This document shows, one piece after another, positions 61,658 to 64,000 of a stretch of DNA of 64,000 nt (its first letter is position 1; the number at the start of each line of letters is the position of its first letter). The notes below the pieces were generated by a model, which did not search any database, was not told the DNA's origin, and saw only the letters and a program-made list of their open reading frames with translations. The stretch is from positions 576,001 through 640,000 of the forward strand of contig CAWCNY010000005.1 of NCBI GenBank assembly GCA_963797095.1. The letters are read 5' to 3'. The position numbers and the translations under genes were made by a program. The DNA is from an uncultured Chloroflexia bacterium (GTDB lineage Bacteria; Chloroflexota; Chloroflexia; QHBQ01; JADMIH01).

Positions 61658-61728
61658 GAGATTGTCCTGATGCTAAATGATAGGCTGTCCAGGATCATAT
61701 CCTTTACTCTGGCCGGATGTTTGAGCTA

Positions 61729-62757
61729 TTACTCTAGTTCTGAGAGGAGTTGATCCTCTTCATCGTAGTTGGGGAGGGGGTATTGGGCAGGGTCGGGTGG
61801 GTTGGCGCGCTCCCAGGCTATTGTGTTTTGGAGGGATTGGGTGGGAGAGGTGGGTTCGATGTAGTTTAGCTCCTGGCGGATGCGGTCGCTGCTTACGGTC
61901 AGGTGCTGGGAGGTGTCGAGGGGGAGGTCGGTGCGGCCTTTGGGGACGAGGACAACACGGCCTTGCCAGCCTGTGATGTCGGCTATGAGGCGAACCCATT
62001 CGGCTTCGGGGTGGGAGGGGGATTCGGCTACGTTGTAGATGCGATTGGAGGCAGGGGGGTTGGTGGCGGCGAGGGTGATGGCCCAGGCTACGTTTTCTAC
62101 GTAGCCGCGTGGAGAGTGCCAGGAGGCGAGGGTTTCGTCGAGGGGGATGGCGGGGCGGGCGTCGTCCATTGGTTTGATGTAGGAGTAGAGGCGGTGCTGG
62201 CTGTCGCCGGGGCCGTAGATCATGGGGAGGCGGAGGACGGTGCCGGGGAGGTTGGAGGGGTCGGAGAGGACGGCTTGCTCCACGAGGATTTTGTCGTAGT
62301 GGTCGAAGGGTTTGCGGGGGTGGTCGTTGGGGAGGGGTGGGTCGGAGCGGTAGGGGTAGAGGCGCTCGCGGAGAGGGGAATCTTCGGTGAGAGGGACGGG
62401 GTCGGGCGGGCCGGGCTCGATCTTGTTGAGGCGGGCGAAGGCGCGGTAGACATCGGCGCTGGAGAGGGCGACGATGCGAGCGGCGTGGCCTTTGAAGGCT
62501 TGCATGGCGGCGTTGGCGTCTTCGGCACCGTTGGCACGCATAAGGATCACTACGTCGGGGTTGAGGGCAGGGAGGTCGGAGGGGATGGTGGTTACGGGGA
62601 ATTTGCCGTGAGGGCTGTGTATGTGGCGGACGGTGGGAGGGAGGTCGGGTTCGTGCTCGCCTGTGTGGAAGACGGTGACGGTGTGGCCGAGGTCAAGAAG
62701 CTGGCGGACTACGAAAGGGCCGAGGAAGCCTGTGCCGCCGATGAGGAGGATATGCAA
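61729..62757 (-). CDS. NAD-dependent epimerase/dehydratase (atypical SDR)
   Basis: IGGTGFLG, SSADVY and LRLPMIYGP. Confidence 0.85.
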   Translation of the reverse strand: MHILLIGGTGFLGPFVVRQLLDLGHTVTVFHTGEHEPDLPPTVRHIHSPHGKFPVTTIPSDLPALNPDVVILMRANGAEDANAAMQAFKGHAARIVALSSADVYRAFARLNKIEPGPPDPVPLTEDSPLRERLYPYRSDPPLPNDHPRKPFDHYDKILVEQAVLSDPSNLPGTVLRLPMIYGPGDSQHRLYSYIKPMDDARPAIPLDETLASWHSPRGYVENVAWAITLAATNPPASNRIYNVAESPSHPEAEWVRLIADITGWQGRVVLVPKGRTDLPLDTSQHLTVSSDRIRQELNYIEPTSPTQSLQNTIAWERANPPDPAQYPLPNYDEEDQLLSELE

Positions 62758-62815
62758 CGCCTTGCTCCTTTCTTTATGGGGAGAAGGGATGGGGAGAAGG
62801 GCCCGATGAGACCCC

Positions 62816-63145
62816 TCAGTCTTGTTGTACTACCTGGCGGGAGATCTTGCCTATCGAGCCCCAGTGCTTGGCGTAGTCGGCCCTCAGGCGGGCGGCGGCT
62901 TCGCCGGAGCTGTAGCTCTGATAGTCGGCGAGGGAGGCGAATTCGTAGACGGTGATGTATTGGGCGGGCCAGTCGGCGGGGGTGGTGTCTTCGAGGACGC
63001 GGTATTTCCAGGAGCGGAGAACTTGAGGCTCGGCGGTGACTTCAGCCACATGGACGTTGGTGTGCCATTCGTTCCATTCGTCGAGTTTGTCTTCCGGGAT
63101 CCACGTGCGGACTATGTAGAGCACATGTCCTGTGGAGTTGTCCAT
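62816..63145 (-). CDS. DUF4286/EthD-like dimeric alpha-beta barrel protein
   Basis: DEWNEWHTNVHV...YITVYEF...AARLRAD; GGGAGG RBS. Confidence 0.65.
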   Translation of the reverse strand: MDNSTGHVLYIVRTWIPEDKLDEWNEWHTNVHVAEVTAEPQVLRSWKYRVLEDTTPADWPAQYITVYEFASLADYQSYSSGEAAARLRADYAKHWGSIGKISRQVVQQD

Positions 63146-63235
63146 GATGTTTGCCTCCCATTGTACTCAGGTTTTATGGACGAAGATATGAAGAAGAAGG
63201 AAGTGCGTGGGCTACTTCAGTGGTATTGTACCTGA

Positions 63236-64000
63236 TCAGTGGGCATCTGCTGCCACCTGCTCCAGTGGTTTGGCGTTGCGGACGTAGCTGTTGATGGTTG
63301 TGGCGAGGCTCAGGACAACGTAGACTGAGCCATAGGCGATGATGGTGCCGGTCGTGCCGAAAACGCCGAGCAGTATGCCGGAGAGGGCGGCACCGATAGG
63401 TTGGAAGCCGTATGCCAGTAGGCGGAAGGTGCTGTTGACACGACCTTGCAGTTTGTCGGGGATGAGGGCAAGGCGGTAGCTGAATTGGACGACGTTGTAG
63501 ATGGGGCCGGTCATCCAGGATAGACCCATGATGATGCCTAGCACCAGGAAGTTGGGAGCGGCAAGGAGCGTAAAGTAGAGGACAACGTTAATCCAGCCGG
63601 TGGTGATAATCACCTGGGCGAAGGAGAAGCGCTTTTGAATCTGGCCGCCTACTACGGCACCGACCACGCCACCGAGAGCGCCAATACTGACGAGGAAACC
63701 GATTTCGGTATCGCTTGCTCCGAGGTCTTTGGCGCGCACTATGAGGATCAGGAAGGTGGCCGCGTTGATGAAGTTGAGGCCGCCGGTGAGGAAGGCCATA
63801 AAGCGGATCAGGGGCTGGTTCCAGAGCCAGGAGAGGCCCTCTCGGATCTCTACGAGAATGTGGCGCTGTTCGGCCGGGCGCTCACCCTGAAACTGAGTTT
63901 TGATGAAGAGGAGAGAGACGACAGAAAAGGCATAGGAAACGGCGTCGAGGATGAAGGGGAAAGCGCGGCTGACGCTCTGGAATAGGAAGGTGCCGATGGG
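63236..64000 (-). CDS. MFS transporter (5' end outside the window)
   Basis: Multiple TM helices and PDKLQGRVNS; the frame stays open to the window edge. Confidence 0.85.
   Translation of the reverse strand, partial: PIGTFLFQSVSRAFPFILDAVSYAFSVVSLLFIKTQFQGERPAEQRHILVEIREGLSWLWNQPLIRFMAFLTGGLNFINAATFLILIVRAKDLGASDTEIGFLVSIGALGGVVGAVVGGQIQKRFSFAQVIITTGWINVVLYFTLLAAPNFLVLGIIMGLSWMTGPIYNVVQFSYRLALIPDKLQGRVNSTFRLLAYGFQPIGAALSGILLGVFGTTGTIIAYGSVYVVLSLATTINSYVRNAKPLEQVAADAH

Noticed and set aside
61903-62955. 350-aa plus-strand Gly/Val-rich ORF
   Set aside because: Shadow of the epimerase gene.

Overview
Bacterial chromosomal segment, most likely from a Chloroflexota (Chloroflexia-like) genome. This is inferred from the Cys-rich SLH-like CGGPGEPC repeats, SBBP protein, Mca-like deacetylase and heptamer repeats. 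In order, the window holds: a decayed IS701-type element; a YfhO/flippase/GT envelope block; a SigW-like ECF sigma/anti-sigma/bactofilin-domain operon; glycan locus 1 (WbpA/B/E/D plus epimerase for a 2,3-diacetamido-uronic acid, AsnB amidotransferase, GT4s, Wzx, an iodotyrosine-deiodinase-like flavoenzyme and a pseudogenised SBBP/SLH surface protein); an ISAs1-like MITE; plsX; a candidate orphan sRNA; and an mca-like gene. Next come two tandem IS110 elements, each with a conserved structured leader (candidate bridge RNA) whose short guide-like segments resemble the element junctions. These are followed by a ~22 kb all-plus-strand island carrying an archaeal-style glycosylation operon (GT2/GT4s, GT-C-like membrane protein, nucleotidyltransferase, TMK-like kinase, flippase, DUF1616, CPBP intramembrane protease, and a 76-aa Thr-rich two-helix protein behind a perfect RBS). 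The island continues with a GntR-REC regulator, two hybrid kinases and a REC-HD-GYP phosphodiesterase. The window ends with a broken MNT-HEPN pair, a lone gyrB with unusual drug-site residues, a damaged dppC/dppB pair and an MFS gene. No rRNA, tRNA or CRISPR array was seen. All family calls come from reading motifs by eye; no database searches were run.
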